Assembly: GCA_028291985.1 (NCBI GenBank)
Contig: JAQGNE010000061.1
Span: 9,713-73,712, forward strand
DNA: 64,000 bases
DNA from: Polaromonas sp.
GTDB taxonomy: Bacteria; Pseudomonadota; Gammaproteobacteria; Burkholderiales; Burkholderiaceae_C
Direction of reading: 5' to 3'
Positions within the stretch are counted from its first letter, which is position 1; each line of letters begins with the position of its first letter. The translations under genes were made by a program, and so were the position numbers. Shown here piece after piece: positions 19,170 through 30,429 of this stretch. The notes beneath the pieces are model-generated. The model searched no databases, was not told where the DNA came from, and worked only from the letters and a program-made list of their open reading frames with translations.

Positions 19170-20069
19170 CTAAACAGCCTCGCGCATGAAGCTGGCAAAA
19201 CGCGGAACGCCGCTTTCATTCAAGCCCCTGAAGCGGTAAGTCACCCGGCTGCCCAAGGCAGGCGGACGTCGGCGCAACTCGTCGCTCAGGCCAGTACCCA
19301 GCTTGAAGCGCAGCGGCGGCTTGCCGCTGGCGCCGGGAATTTCCACCAGCAGCGCGCCCAGCTGACCGGCGTATTTTCCTTTGCCGGGAATGTGGCCAAC
19401 AACATGTGCTTCCGCGTCATCATGGGTTTTCACCTTGATGAGGTCGTCACTGCGTCCTGCCTGGTACAGCGACGCGCCGCGGTGGAGCATCAGGCCTTCC
19501 GCGCCCGATCTGACGATTTTTTGAAGCTGACGCTGAAGGGCCGCATCGTCAGTGGCGCGCCACTGCGGTACTGCTTGCACCCACGGCTTGGCGATAGACG
19601 TGACCTGCCGTGCGATATGGGGAATCCGGCTGCTGAAAGAACCAGCTTGCGCGGGCAGGTCAAAAACCATGAAGCGCATGGTTTGCCAGTCGGCGTCACT
19701 GCTTGCGTCCAAACTTTGAGTGCGCACGGTCGAGACAGCATGGGCGAACCGGCCTCGGCCTGCCCATAGCTCGCCGTCCATCGCCACCGCCGGCCAACCG
19801 GCGGTAAACCATGCTGGCGCGATGACCGCCTCGCCGCCTCGGGTAAACAGTTTTCGGCCATCCCAGTAACCGCGAACCCCGTCATACTTTTCACTCACCC
19901 AGTAGTCATCCAGCGAAATGCCAGAGCGGTAGACCTTGGCCAGCATCAGTCCTGGCGCCTCTTGGGCGAACGCGGCTGCGGATGCCAAGGCCATCACCAG
20001 CACTGCCGATGACAGCAACAGCCATGTCGCTATACGGTTGACAGCAAGCTCTGCAGCAACAGGCTTCAT
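19170..20069 (-). CDS. Minimal ATP-dependent DNA ligase with N-terminal signal peptide (Lig E type)
   Basis: SEKYDGVRGYWDG adenylation motif, DGELW, FMVFDLP, EGLML, KVK..DAE, OB domain FKLGTG; hydrophobic leader ending AFA-QE. Confidence 0.9.
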   Translation of the reverse strand: MKPVAAELAVNRIATWLLLSSAVLVMALASAAAFAQEAPGLMLAKVYRSGISLDDYWVSEKYDGVRGYWDGRKLFTRGGEAVIAPAWFTAGWPAVAMDGELWAGRGRFAHAVSTVRTQSLDASSDADWQTMRFMVFDLPAQAGSFSSRIPHIARQVTSIAKPWVQAVPQWRATDDAALQRQLQKIVRSGAEGLMLHRGASLYQAGRSDDLIKVKTHDDAEAHVVGHIPGKGKYAGQLGALLVEIPGASGKPPLRFKLGTGLSDELRRRPPALGSRVTYRFRGLNESGVPRFASFMREAV

Positions 20070-20093
20070 CGGTCCACCTAATGAAATTTAAGT

Positions 20094-20148
20094 AAAAAAA
20101 GCTCCAGCCCATTGAACATAAGCGTTTATAGCTATCGATTAAGTAGCA
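20094..20148 (+). repeat. 55-bp double-dyad element, copy 2 (intergenic)
   Basis: AAAAAAAGCTCCAGCCC-ATTGAACATAA-GCGTTTA-TAGCTATCGATTAAGTAGCA. Confidence 0.8.
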
Positions 20149-20375
20149 TCAATCAATGTTGCAGCCATGTTAACTGATCAGCTTTCAGCGTAAAAGGATG
20201 TGACCGTCCTTGACGGCCACACGCTTGTCTGGGGAGACTGTCGCCTTCCTGCCACGTCGGCAGCTTCGACATACGTTTTCATTTCGCCTAAACCACACGC
20301 TCACAAATCAGGTTCGTCAACGGAGCGCCCGCCCGGCCGCTCCTGCTGCTCAGGCCGTGCCTGGGCGGGCTGCCG

Positions 20376-22304
20376 ATGCAAGAGCCCCAAACTTCTGACC
20401 CGCGCGCCAGGCGACCTAACCGCTCGCGTCGATGGTTCGTCGACTGGCGCAACACATCCACCCCCAAGCCGGCATTGCCAGGCAAGTCTGCCGCCGGCCA
20501 TCTGAAGGAGAAGCATTTGGATTTCGCTTACCCCCGTCCCCAGCTCGAACGTTCTCAATGGACCAGCTTGAATGGAACCTGGCGTTTTTGCTACGACGAC
20601 ACCGCATCGCTGATCACGCCTCAGCAGATTGAGGATTGGCCTATGGAGATAGTTGTGCCATTTCCCCCGGAATCGCGCGCCAGCGGTATCGGAGACCAGG
20701 GCTTTCACAAGGTCTGCTGGTATGAGCGTGACTTCGACCTCCAGCCCAACGGCGACCGCGTCATTCTGCGGTTTGGTGCGGTTGACTATGCGGCCAAGGT
20801 CTGGGTCAATGGCCAGCTTGCCGTGACGCACGAAGGCGGGCATACCCCTTTTTCGGCCGACATTACCCATCTGCTGAACCCCGAAGGCACGCAAACCGTT
20901 ACGGTGCGTGCAGAAGATGACCCGGCCGACCTGACCAAGCCGCGCGGCAAGCAGGACTGGCAACTCGAGCCACATGCCATCTGGTACCCGCGTACCTCCG
21001 GCATCTGGCAAACCGTGTGGCTTGAAGAAGTTGGAAACACCTATATCGACAAGCTCCGCTGGACGCCCAAGGTCGAAGGCTACGCCATCGGCTTTTACGG
21101 CCGCATTGGCGGCGATCCGAGCGACAACCTGCTGATCGAGGTCACGCTGTCGGTGGGGGACCGGCTCCTCGCCTGCGACCGCTACCAAGTGGTGGACGGC
21201 GAGGTAGACCGCTCGATTTCGCTGTCCGACCCCGGGATTGACGACTTTCGCAATGAGCTGTTGTGGAGCCCCGAGCGGCCCACGCTGCTGGACGCCAGGA
21301 TTCGCCTGCTGCGCGGCGGCGTCGTGCTGGACGAATTCAAGTCTTACACCGCGTTGCGCTCTGTCAACATCATGCGCGAGCGCTTCATGCTCAACGGCAG
21401 GCCCTACATGCTGCGCATGGTGCTGGACCAGGGTTACTGGCCCGACACCCTGCTCGCCGCGCCCAGTGATGAGGCGCTGCGCAAAGATGTCGAACTGGCC
21501 AAGGCGATGGGTTTCAATGGCGTGCGCAAGCATCAGAAGGTGGAAGACCCGCGCTATTTGTATTGGGCCGACAAGCTCGGCCTGCTGGTATGGGAAGAGA
21601 TGCCCTCGGCCTACCGCTTCACCCGTACCGCGATCAAGCGCACCGTCAAGGAATGGGGCGAGGTGATCGAGCGGGACTACAGCCACCCATGCATCATCGT
21701 GTGGGTGCCGTTCAACGAGTCGTGGGGCGTGCCCGAGCTGACCTCGCAGGGCACACAGCGCAACGCGGTGCAGGCGCTGTACCACCTGACCAAAACGCTG
21801 GACGCAACCCGGCCGGTGATTGGAAACGACGGCTGGGAGTCTGGCGCGACCGACATCATTGGCATTCATGACTACGACAACAACATCGAGCATATTCGCC
21901 AGCGCTACGGTGCCGAAATCGAGCCTGCGCAATTGATTGACCGGCGCCGGCCGGGGGGCAGGGTGCTCACGCTGGACGGCTTTCCGCACCGCGGCCAGCC
22001 CATCATGCTCACCGAGTTTGGCGGCATCAAGTTTCAGAAAAAATCGAAGAAGGAAGCCGGCGTCAAAAAGATCTGGGGTTATTCCGACGCCAAGACCGAC
22101 GAGGAATTTGCCACCACCTATGAGGTGCTGCTGCACACGGTTATTCATACCGCGCTATTCAGCGGGTTCTGCTACACCCAGTTTGCCGATACCTTCCAGG
22201 AAGCCAATGGCCTGCTCAACGCAGACCGCACGCCAAAAATCCCGCTCAAGCGCATTTCGGCAGCCAACTCGGTGTCGCGCACCTGGATTCCGGGGGGCGT
22301 CTGA
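20376..22304 (+). CDS. Glycoside hydrolase family 2 (beta-galactosidase/glucuronidase-like)
   Basis: SLNGTWRF, LRFGAVDY, HEGGHTPF, SGIWQTVWLE, RKHQKVE, WVPFNESWG, LTEFGG. Confidence 0.93.
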   Translation: MQEPQTSDPRARRPNRSRRWFVDWRNTSTPKPALPGKSAAGHLKEKHLDFAYPRPQLERSQWTSLNGTWRFCYDDTASLITPQQIEDWPMEIVVPFPPESRASGIGDQGFHKVCWYERDFDLQPNGDRVILRFGAVDYAAKVWVNGQLAVTHEGGHTPFSADITHLLNPEGTQTVTVRAEDDPADLTKPRGKQDWQLEPHAIWYPRTSGIWQTVWLEEVGNTYIDKLRWTPKVEGYAIGFYGRIGGDPSDNLLIEVTLSVGDRLLACDRYQVVDGEVDRSISLSDPGIDDFRNELLWSPERPTLLDARIRLLRGGVVLDEFKSYTALRSVNIMRERFMLNGRPYMLRMVLDQGYWPDTLLAAPSDEALRKDVELAKAMGFNGVRKHQKVEDPRYLYWADKLGLLVWEEMPSAYRFTRTAIKRTVKEWGEVIERDYSHPCIIVWVPFNESWGVPELTSQGTQRNAVQALYHLTKTLDATRPVIGNDGWESGATDIIGIHDYDNNIEHIRQRYGAEIEPAQLIDRRRPGGRVLTLDGFPHRGQPIMLTEFGGIKFQKKSKKEAGVKKIWGYSDAKTDEEFATTYEVLLHTVIHTALFSGFCYTQFADTFQEANGLLNADRTPKIPLKRISAANSVSRTWIPGGV

Positions 22305-23401
22305 TGATGCACAGCCTGGAGCTCACCAAGCCCGACGGACGTCGGCTGACGCTGTATTCGCGCCAGCCGATTGACCCGGCGCTGGTGGCACCCAGCCCGT
22401 TTGCCGAGCCGCTGAACGCCAGCGCGCACCTGCGGTGGCATCCGCTGCGCGGCGAATGGGTGACCTACGCGGCATTCCGGCAGGGTCGCACCTTTTTGCC
22501 ACCGCCGGAATACAACCCGCTGGCCGCCACAACCCGCGCGGACAATCCTACGGAGGTACCCGCTGGCGCCTGGGACGTGGCTGTGTTCGACAACCGGTTC
22601 CCGTCGCTGGCGGCGCTAGTGCCCGGCGCAAACCCGCCGCCACAGATGATCGTCGCGACTGCACCAGGGGCTGGACATTGCGAGGTAGTGGTCTTCACGC
22701 AGGACCCCAAAGCCTCGCTCGGAGGTTTGCCGCTGCCGCATATCGAGCTGCTGATGCAGGTGTGGGGAGACCGCACACAGCAGGTAGGTTCGCGCGATGG
22801 TATTGAATATGTATTGCCGTTTGAAAACCGTGGCGCCGAGGTTGGCGTGACGCTGCACCATCCGCACGGCCAGATCTACGCTTACCCGGTGGTGCCGCCA
22901 GTGCCAGCACGCATGCAGCAGGTCGCGCAGGAGCACTTTCAACAAGCGGGTCGTGGCGTGCTTGATCTGATGATCGAGAACGAACGCCGGGACGGCAAGC
23001 GCATGCTGTATGAAGGCCCCCATGCGGTCGCCTTTGTTCCGGTCTGCGCACGCTACCCCTATGAGGTGTGGATTGCGCCGATCAAGCCTGTGGCTGGTTT
23101 TGCCCAGTTGGGTGATGAAGAGCGCGCCGACCTGGCGCGCGCGCTCAAGACCGTGCTGTTGAAATACGACGGCTTGTGGGATCGCCCATTGCCTTACCTG
23201 ATGGCCTGGTACCAGGCGCCGACCGATGGTCAGCCCCACCCCGAGTCGCATTTGCATGCACAGCTGTACCCGCCGTACCGCACCAAAGACCGGCTGAAGT
23301 ACCTGGCTGGCACCGAAATCGCCGCCGGGTTCTTCGCGATGGATGCGCTTCCTGAAGAAAAAGCGCTTGAGCTGCAACAGGTTCAGGTGGTGCTCTCATG
23401 A
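22304..23401 (+). CDS. galT: Galactose-1-phosphate uridylyltransferase
   Basis: [38 protein letters not shown] (HPH catalytic motif); TGATG coupling. Confidence 0.93.
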   Translation: MMHSLELTKPDGRRLTLYSRQPIDPALVAPSPFAEPLNASAHLRWHPLRGEWVTYAAFRQGRTFLPPPEYNPLAATTRADNPTEVPAGAWDVAVFDNRFPSLAALVPGANPPPQMIVATAPGAGHCEVVVFTQDPKASLGGLPLPHIELLMQVWGDRTQQVGSRDGIEYVLPFENRGAEVGVTLHHPHGQIYAYPVVPPVPARMQQVAQEHFQQAGRGVLDLMIENERRDGKRMLYEGPHAVAFVPVCARYPYEVWIAPIKPVAGFAQLGDEERADLARALKTVLLKYDGLWDRPLPYLMAWYQAPTDGQPHPESHLHAQLYPPYRTKDRLKYLAGTEIAAGFFAMDALPEEKALELQQVQVVLS

Positions 23402-24471
23402 TGAGTGCTTTTGAAAGCGTTTTTGGCGCACAGCCCCAGGCGGTAGCCCAGGCGCCGGGCCGGGTCAATCTGCTGGGCGAGCACACCGACTACAACGACG
23501 GGTTTGTGCTGCCGATTGCCATACCGCAGCAAACTACTGTAGCCATGCGCGCGAATGGCACCGGCAGCTTCAGGCTCCATGCAGCGGAACTCGGCTCCAC
23601 CGTAAGCTTCAAGCTGGGCCAGCCGCCGGCAGAGCATTTTGCAAGCTATGTGTATGGCTGCCTGGTGCTCGGCCAGGCTGAAGGGGCAGCGATCGCCCCA
23701 CTGGACATTCATGTGGCGTCCGAGGTTCCCATGGGCGTTGGACTTTCCTCCAGCGCGGCCCTGGAGGTAGCGACGCTGCGCTGCCTGCGGCAGTTGCTCG
23801 ACATGCGGCTGGATGATGTTCAGATCGCCCGGCTGGCCCAACGCGCCGAGATCGAATTTGCGGGCGTGCGCTGCGGCATCATGGACCAGATGGCATCCAG
23901 CCTTGCCGACACCCGGCTTGCGCTGCTGCTGGACACCCGCACGCTGGTCAGGCGGTTCGTAGCCTTGCCACCGGGCAGCACGGTACTGGTACTTGACTCG
24001 GGTATCTCTCGCTCGCTTGCCAGCAGTGGCTACAACGAGCGGCGCGCGGAATGCGAGCAGGCCGCGCAACTTATCGGCGTGCCGTCGCTGCGCGATGTGC
24101 AAACCCTTGGCGACTTGCAGCAATTGCCCGACCGGCTGATGCGCCGCGCACGGCATGTCATCACCGAAAACGAGCGAGTGCTGCGTGCGGTGGACTGTGG
24201 TGACGCGGCCGCTTTCGGACACCTGATGAACGCGTCACACCAAAGCCTGCGGGATGATTACGAGGTGTCGACGCCCGGGCTTGACTTGCTGGTCGACCTG
24301 CTGCAGGCGCATCCGGCTGTTTTTGGTGCTCGCCTGACGGGCGCCGGTTTTGGTGGCGCCTGCGTGGCGCTGTGCCGCAGCGATGCCGCACATGAGGTGG
24401 GGCGCGAGGTATTGAGCAGCTACAGCCGCGCCGGTCAGTCGGGCAGACAACTGGTGCCGCCTGTCCTGTAG
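23398..24471 (+). CDS. galK: Galactokinase
   Basis: [45 protein letters not shown]. Confidence 0.96.
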   Translation: MMSAFESVFGAQPQAVAQAPGRVNLLGEHTDYNDGFVLPIAIPQQTTVAMRANGTGSFRLHAAELGSTVSFKLGQPPAEHFASYVYGCLVLGQAEGAAIAPLDIHVASEVPMGVGLSSSAALEVATLRCLRQLLDMRLDDVQIARLAQRAEIEFAGVRCGIMDQMASSLADTRLALLLDTRTLVRRFVALPPGSTVLVLDSGISRSLASSGYNERRAECEQAAQLIGVPSLRDVQTLGDLQQLPDRLMRRARHVITENERVLRAVDCGDAAAFGHLMNASHQSLRDDYEVSTPGLDLLVDLLQAHPAVFGARLTGAGFGGACVALCRSDAAHEVGREVLSSYSRAGQSGRQLVPPVL

Positions 24472-24548
24472 ATCAGTGATACTCAGCCGGCCGCAGCACC
24501 CGGCCTTTAGATGCCCACGGCAGGCTCTGCCTGCCTCATCGTTTTTTC

Positions 24549-25297
24549 ATGCAACCCAGCGACATCGAAACCATTGAGCGTGCAACCCTTGCAGCCTTAT
24601 CGCCTGACGCAGTGGAGGATGCCTGGGGCTGGTTACTGCCTTTTGATGGCGGAAAAATCAGCCGCTCCAGAACTGCGGTGCCCCTGGCGCATGACTTGCT
24701 GATGTGACGGACGTGGCGGTTATTGAAAACATCGAAGATCGTTACCGACGCCGTGGTCTGCTGCCTGTTTTTCGCTTGCCGTCGGCCCCAGGCTTTGACG
24801 CAATTGCGGCAGGCGCTCCAGCGAAAGGGCTACTGCGCCGACCGTGCGGTCCCGGTGCAGGTGGCACCCGCCCAGATGGTGCGCCGCATTTGCGCGTCGC
24901 CAAGGGATGAACTGGCAGACGCACCCGACACCGCATGGGCCGCGCTATTTTTAGGCGATGGAATTGACCCGGTTGATGGGGCCAAACGGGTACGGTCCAT
25001 GAGTCGCGCCGAAGGCTCTCTTTTTGCATGCCTGCGCGAGCATGGCCAGACGGTGGCTGCAGGCGCCGGCGCTTTCAGCCATGGCTGGGCCAGCGTCCAC
25101 GGCGTGCGCACGGCCACGGCCAACCGGGGCAAAGGCTACGCTTCGCAAGTGCTGGCCGCACTGGCACAGGCAGCGCTCGGCAAACAACTGGAGCGCATCT
25201 TCCTGCAGCTAGAGGAAGGAAACACCGCCGCCGAGGTTTGTACCGCCGCGCTGGTTTTGAAACCGTGTGGCGCTATGCCTACTGGCGATGCGCGTAA
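24549..25297 (+). pseudogene. GNAT family acetyltransferase broken by three frameshifts
   Basis: MQPSDIETIERATLAALSP...GWLLPFD (stop at 24705), then IEDRYRRRGLLPVFRLP, then LRQALQRKGY...HGVRTATANRGKGYAS...FLQLEEGN, then GLYRRAGFETVWRYAYW*, each in a different frame from the previous block. Confidence 0.85.
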
Positions 25298-25346
25298 CCG
25301 GGCCGTGCGGCCCTCGCTCGCCGGGGTGGTCTTCAGACCCACCGTA

Positions 25347-25402
25347 TGCTATTAACATCATAGCTTACAGTCCATGTCTTATAAGGGCTGTAGCCCTACT
25401 TT
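25347..25402 (-). repeat. 55-bp double-dyad element, copy 3 (intergenic, convergent gap)
   Basis: Minus strand AAAGTAGGGCTACAGCCC-TTATAAGACAT-GGACTGT-AAGCTATGATGTTAATAGCA; stem ACAG/CTGT covaries with CTAG/CTAG of copy 1. Confidence 0.85.
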
Positions 25403-25451
25403 TCTTAAAAAACAACGTCAAGACTGTTTTTGGCGGCTCCGGCTTCCAAGC

Positions 25452-26261
25452 CTAAGTCCGCAGGCCAATCTCAGCGGATGGCTCGGCAATGCCGCCGACG
25501 ACATGGCTAAAGCCGCCATCGACATAGGTGATCTCCGCGCTAACGCCGCCGGCCAGGTCACTCATCAAAAACGCCGCCACGTTGCCCACATCTTCGATAG
25601 TCACATTGCGACGGATCGGTGACGCCTCGGCCACCACGCTCAGGATTTTTCCAAAGCCCTTGATGCCGCTGGCCGCCAGCGTCTTGATCGGCCCTGCGCT
25701 GATGCCGTTGACACGCATGCCCTTGGGGCCCAACGACTCCGCCAGGTAGCGCACCGAGGCCTCCAGGCTGGCCTTGGCCAGGCCCATGGTGTTGTAGTTG
25801 GGCACCGTGCGAATCGCACCCAGGTAAGTCAGCGTCAGCAGGGCCGACTTTGGGTTCAGAAAGGGCAGGGCAGCTTTGGCCATGGCCGGGAAGCTGTAAG
25901 CGCTGATGTCATGCGCGATCTTGAAGCCTTCACGGCTCAGGCCGTCGAGAAAATCACCGGCAATTGCCTCGCGCGGTGCGTAGCCAATGCTGTGGACAAA
26001 GCCGTCGAAGGTCGGCCACGTGGCAGACAAATCAGTGAACAATCTGTCGATCTGCTCGTCGCTGCCCACATCGCAATCAAAAATCAGTGTGGATCCAAAG
26101 TCCGCGGCAAACTCGGTGATCCTGTCCTTGAAACGTTCGCCCACATAACTGAAGGCAAGCTCGGCGCCCTGTGCGTGGCAGGCCTTGGCGATGCCGTAGG
26201 CAATGGAGCGGTTGGACAGAACACCCGTGATCAGCAGTTTTTTGCCGGAAAGAAAACCCAT
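25452..26261 (-). CDS. fabI: Enoyl-ACP reductase FabI
   Basis: [52 protein letters not shown]. Confidence 0.97.
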   Translation of the reverse strand: MGFLSGKKLLITGVLSNRSIAYGIAKACHAQGAELAFSYVGERFKDRITEFAADFGSTLIFDCDVGSDEQIDRLFTDLSATWPTFDGFVHSIGYAPREAIAGDFLDGLSREGFKIAHDISAYSFPAMAKAALPFLNPKSALLTLTYLGAIRTVPNYNTMGLAKASLEASVRYLAESLGPKGMRVNGISAGPIKTLAASGIKGFGKILSVVAEASPIRRNVTIEDVGNVAAFLMSDLAGGVSAEITYVDGGFSHVVGGIAEPSAEIGLRT

Positions 26262-26351
26262 GTTGTTGCTCCAGTGTGGGGTCAGCCGGCATGATGGCGC
26301 CGGCTCGCAAAGACGGCCAAAAGGCCAACTCAAGTAGGGCAGAATTGTCGC

Positions 26352-28178
26352 ATGCGGGATTTTTCAACTTTGTGCGTACTGGTGGTTGCAGGTCTGCTCT
26401 TCAGTGCGCCTAGCAGCTGGGCCGCGCATGCTTATGCCCAGTTTGGTGATGTGAAGTACCCGGCCGGCTTCAGCCACTTCAGTTATGCGAACCCGGTCGC
26501 ACGCAAAGGCGGTGAAATCCGGATGGTGCCACCTACCCGGCCGACCAATTTCGACAAGTTCAATCCCTTCACGCTACGCGGCACGGCCCCTTACGGCATC
26601 GGCGCGCTGATGATCGAAACGCTGTTGACAGGCAACTCGGAAGAACCCACCACCGCGTATGGGCTGCTGGCTGACGATGTAGAAGTGGCCGTCGACCGGC
26701 TTTCGGCTACTTTCAGGCTGAATGAAAAGGCCCGGTTTCATGACGGATCGCCGGTGCTTGCCGCCGATGTGCTGCATTCGTACACACAGCTGACCAGCAA
26801 GTTGGCGGCGCCGCAGTACCGTACGCTGTATGCCGAGGTCTCGTCTGTGACAGTGGTGTCCGAGCGGATAGTGCGTTTCAACTTTGCAACCCCCAACCCG
26901 GAGCTTCCGCTGGTCGTGGGCGGTATGCCGGTTTTCAGCCGCAACTGGGGGCAGTCCAGCGGGGTAAGCAAACCGTTTGACAAGATTGTGGCCGACGTGC
27001 CGATAGGTTCCGGGCCCTACAAGCTGCCGTCGGCCAATATGGGCCGCGACATCACCTATGTGCGTGACCCGGCCTACTGGGGCCAGGACATTCCTGTACG
27101 CAAGGGGCAGTTCAACTTCGACCGCATCACGTTCAAGATCTATCTGGACGAGACCTCGCGGTTCGAAGGGCTCAAGGCAGGCGAATATGACTTCCTGCGT
27201 GAGTTCATTTCCCGCAACTGGGCACGTCAGTACGTCGGCAAGCAGTTCACATCCGGCGAAATCGTCAAGCGCGCTTTTGAAAACGGTAACCCGGGAGACT
27301 TTCAGGGTTACGTCTTCAACTTGCGCAACCCGAAATTTCAGGACGCGCGGGTGCGGCAGGCTATCGGCCTGGCGATGGATTTCGAGTGGATGAACCGCCA
27401 GCTGTTCTACGGCATCTACAAGCGCGTCAATGGCTACTTTCCCAACAGCGACTTTCATGCTGAAGGCCTGCCCAAGCCGGACGAGCTGGTCTTGCTGGAG
27501 GCTATGCGAGACAAGCTCCGGCCAGAGGTTTTCGGCCCGGTTCCCGTGGCGCCCAGTACCGATCCACCCGGCAGTCTGCGCGAGAACCTGAGGCGCGCCC
27601 AGGCGTTGCTCAAAGACGCTGGCTGGACCTACCGCGACGGCGCTCTGCGCAACGCCAGGGGTGAAGCCTTCACCATCGAGTTTTTGAATGACCAGCCCTC
27701 TCTGATCCGCATCGTCGGCCCTTTTCAAAAGTCGCTCGAGAAGCTCGGCATCACCATGACCTACCGGGTGGTCGACTTTTCGTTGTCCAAGCAAAAGATG
27801 GACGCTTTTGATTTTGAAATGACAACGCTGCGCTTGCCCGGCAGCACGGCGCCAGGCGGTGAACTGTTCGAAATCTTCGGCTCGAAAGCGGCTGAAACGC
27901 CTGGCTCATCCAATATCTGGGGCATCAAGGACCCGGCGGTGGATGCGCTTTTGCAAAAGGTCGTGAGCGCCAAGACCCGGGCAGAGCTGGGTACTGCCAT
28001 GCGTGCGCTGGACCGGGTGCTGACGCACGGTTTTTACTCGGTGCCGCAGTACTACGGTGACGCTTTTCTAATAGGCTATCGACCTGCAGGCTTCGTACTG
28101 CCGCCGACGATTCCGCCGTATTACCAGCCTGATGACTGGGCCATGCGCACCTGGTCGGCTTCGCCCGCCAATCCGTAG
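26352..28178 (+). CDS. yejA: Peptide ABC transporter substrate-binding protein (YejA family)
   Basis: [55 protein letters not shown]. Confidence 0.88.
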   Translation: MRDFSTLCVLVVAGLLFSAPSSWAAHAYAQFGDVKYPAGFSHFSYANPVARKGGEIRMVPPTRPTNFDKFNPFTLRGTAPYGIGALMIETLLTGNSEEPTTAYGLLADDVEVAVDRLSATFRLNEKARFHDGSPVLAADVLHSYTQLTSKLAAPQYRTLYAEVSSVTVVSERIVRFNFATPNPELPLVVGGMPVFSRNWGQSSGVSKPFDKIVADVPIGSGPYKLPSANMGRDITYVRDPAYWGQDIPVRKGQFNFDRITFKIYLDETSRFEGLKAGEYDFLREFISRNWARQYVGKQFTSGEIVKRAFENGNPGDFQGYVFNLRNPKFQDARVRQAIGLAMDFEWMNRQLFYGIYKRVNGYFPNSDFHAEGLPKPDELVLLEAMRDKLRPEVFGPVPVAPSTDPPGSLRENLRRAQALLKDAGWTYRDGALRNARGEAFTIEFLNDQPSLIRIVGPFQKSLEKLGITMTYRVVDFSLSKQKMDAFDFEMTTLRLPGSTAPGGELFEIFGSKAAETPGSSNIWGIKDPAVDALLQKVVSAKTRAELGTAMRALDRVLTHGFYSVPQYYGDAFLIGYRPAGFVLPPTIPPYYQPDDWAMRTWSASPANP

Positions 28179-28189
28179 AGCGACAAATC

Positions 28190-29224
28190 ATGGCCAGCTA
28201 TATTCTCAAGCGCCTGTTGCTGATGATCCCTACCCTGTTCGGCGTCCTGCTGCTGGTGTTTGCAATGGTGCAGTTTGTACCGGGCGGGCCGGTAGAGCAG
28301 ATGGTGGCCCAGCTGCAGGGGCGTGATTCCGGCGGCGAGCGCGCTGCCACTTCGGGCGCAGGCTACCGCGGCCGGCAAGGGGTGGATGCGCAGCGCATTG
28401 AGGAAATCAAGGTCTTGTATGGTTTTGACAAGCCGGTGCATGAGCGTTTTATGCAGATGCTGGGCCAGTTCGCCCGATTCGATCTGGGCAAGAGCTTTTA
28501 TCAGCACAAGGATGTTTGGCAGCTCGTCAAGGAAAAACTGCCAGTCTCGATCAGTCTCGGCTTGTGGACGTTTTTCATCAGCTACCTGATAGCGGTGCCG
28601 CTGGGCGTTGCCAAGGCGGTGAGGGCGGGCTCGCGCTTTGATGTTGTCACCACGCTGCTGGTACTGGTGGGCTACGCCATACCCGGCTTTGTGCTGGGCG
28701 TTGCGTTGCTGGTGGTGTTTGGTGGCCAGTTGCAATGGTTTCCGCTACGCGGGCTGACTTCGGCCAACTGGCAGTCGCTGGGCTGGGGAGCTCGCATTGT
28801 GGACTATCTCTGGCACATCACCCTGCCTGTGGTTGCCATGGTGCTGGGCAGCTTTGCCGTAACGTCGGTGCTGACAAAAAACTCGTTTCTGGAAGAGATC
28901 AGAAAGCAGTATGTGCTGACCGCGCGCGCCAAGGGGCTGAGCGAGCGGCAGGTGCTCTGGAAGCATGTGTTTCGCAACGCGCTCATACCCATCATCACTG
29001 GCTTCCCGGCGGCTTTTATTGGCGCTTTCTTTACCGGCTCTCTGCTCATCGAAACGCTTTTTTCGCTGGATGGCCTGGGCCTTCTCAGTTACGAAAGCGT
29101 CATCCGGCGTGACTACCCCGTTGTGCTGGGTACGCTTTACCTCTTCACGCTGATTGGTCTGTTGACCAAGCTGATCAGCGACCTTTGCTATGTCTGGGTG
29201 GATCCGCGTGTACGGTTTGACTAA
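28190..29224 (+). CDS. yejB: Peptide ABC transporter permease YejB
   Basis: YILKRLLLMIPTL, QFVPGGPVEQ, KNSFLEEIRKQYVLTARAKG, RRDYPVV. Confidence 0.92.
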   Translation: MASYILKRLLLMIPTLFGVLLLVFAMVQFVPGGPVEQMVAQLQGRDSGGERAATSGAGYRGRQGVDAQRIEEIKVLYGFDKPVHERFMQMLGQFARFDLGKSFYQHKDVWQLVKEKLPVSISLGLWTFFISYLIAVPLGVAKAVRAGSRFDVVTTLLVLVGYAIPGFVLGVALLVVFGGQLQWFPLRGLTSANWQSLGWGARIVDYLWHITLPVVAMVLGSFAVTSVLTKNSFLEEIRKQYVLTARAKGLSERQVLWKHVFRNALIPIITGFPAAFIGAFFTGSLLIETLFSLDGLGLLSYESVIRRDYPVVLGTLYLFTLIGLLTKLISDLCYVWVDPRVRFD

Positions 29225-30362
29225 AGATAGCGGTACCCAGCCGGAGACGGTCGTTGACGGTTTGCCAGCCGGGCAGACGCCTGGCGCGGAGAGACAAAAC
29301 GCGGCTGGCGACGATACACCCGACGCAGCGGCTACCGTCAGTCTCAGCCCCGGCCGCAGAGCCTGGCAGCGCTTTCGGCGCAACAAACTGGGCTTTTCCA
29401 GCCTGGTCATGTTCACGGTTTTGGTGGTGTTCAGCCTGTTTGCGGAAGTGATTTCCAACGACAAGCCATTGGTTGTCAATTACCAGGGCACGTTTTACTT
29501 TCCGCTGGTCAAGGATTATTCCGAAAAGACCTTTGGTGGCGACTTCGACACGCCTGCAGACTACCTCGACCCGTTCATCCGGAGCAGGCTGAACCAGGAC
29601 GATAACTGGGCGCTGTATCCGCCCAATCCTTATGGTCCCAGAACCATCAACTACTTTGCCAAAGAGCCGAACCCGTCCGCACCCTCGCGCGACAACCTGT
29701 TTGGCACCGACGATCGCGGGCGCGACCTGCTGGCGCAACTGATCTACGGCTTTCGCCTGAGCGTGCTGTTCGGCCTGGCCTTGACTGCCATCGGCGTGGT
29801 GATCGGCATTGCCACCGGGGCTATGCAGGGCTATGCCGGTGGCAAAACAGACCTGTTTGTTCAGCGCTTCATGGAAATCTGGGGCGCCATGCCAGAGCTG
29901 TACCTGTTGATCATTTTCAGCGCCATGTTTGCGCCCAGCGTTGGCCTGCTGCTGTTCCTGCTCAGCCTCTTTGGGTGGATGGGCCTGTCGGACTATGTGC
30001 GGGCAGAGTTTCTGCGCAACCGCCAGCTGGACTATGTCCGCGCCGCCAAGGCGCTTGGCGTCAGCAACCTGAGCATCATGCGCCGGCACATTCTGCCCAA
30101 CAGCATGACGCCGGTGGTGACTTTTTTGCCCTTTCGAATGAGTGCAGCGATTCTGGCGCTGACCTCGCTCGATTTTCTGGGGCTGGGTGTGCCGCCGGGT
30201 ACGCCATCGCTTGGCGAGTTGCTGAATCAGGGCAAAGCCAACATTGATGCATGGTGGATTTCGCTGTCAACATTTGCCGTGCTGGTCGTGACCTTGCTTC
30301 TGCTGACCTTTATGGGCGATGCACTGCGCGACGCACTGGATCCGCGAAAGGTCGATGCATGA
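29190..30362 (+). CDS. yejE: Peptide ABC transporter permease YejE (start uncertain)
   Basis: AWQRFRRNKLG, NDKPLVV, GTDDRGRD, EFLRNRQLDYVRAA, LRDALDPR. Confidence 0.9.
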   Translation: MSGWIRVYGLTKDSGTQPETVVDGLPAGQTPGAERQNAAGDDTPDAAATVSLSPGRRAWQRFRRNKLGFSSLVMFTVLVVFSLFAEVISNDKPLVVNYQGTFYFPLVKDYSEKTFGGDFDTPADYLDPFIRSRLNQDDNWALYPPNPYGPRTINYFAKEPNPSAPSRDNLFGTDDRGRDLLAQLIYGFRLSVLFGLALTAIGVVIGIATGAMQGYAGGKTDLFVQRFMEIWGAMPELYLLIIFSAMFAPSVGLLLFLLSLFGWMGLSDYVRAEFLRNRQLDYVRAAKALGVSNLSIMRRHILPNSMTPVVTFLPFRMSAAILALTSLDFLGLGVPPGTPSLGELLNQGKANIDAWWISLSTFAVLVVTLLLLTFMGDALRDALDPRKVDA

Positions 30363-30429
30363 TGCCGTTAGCAATTTCCCGGGCGGCATGCTACAGGCGT
30401 GCAAGGCTTCTCCGCGGGCAGACAAGCTC

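Noticed and set aside
20301-22148. 615-aa antisense ORF over GH2, and similar long shadows (5689-6768, 26574-27794, 30319-30430 extension, 34577-35770, 36671-37582)
   Set aside because: They mirror well-supported genes on the other strand or frame, carry no recognisable motifs, and are expected from GC-rich codon bias.
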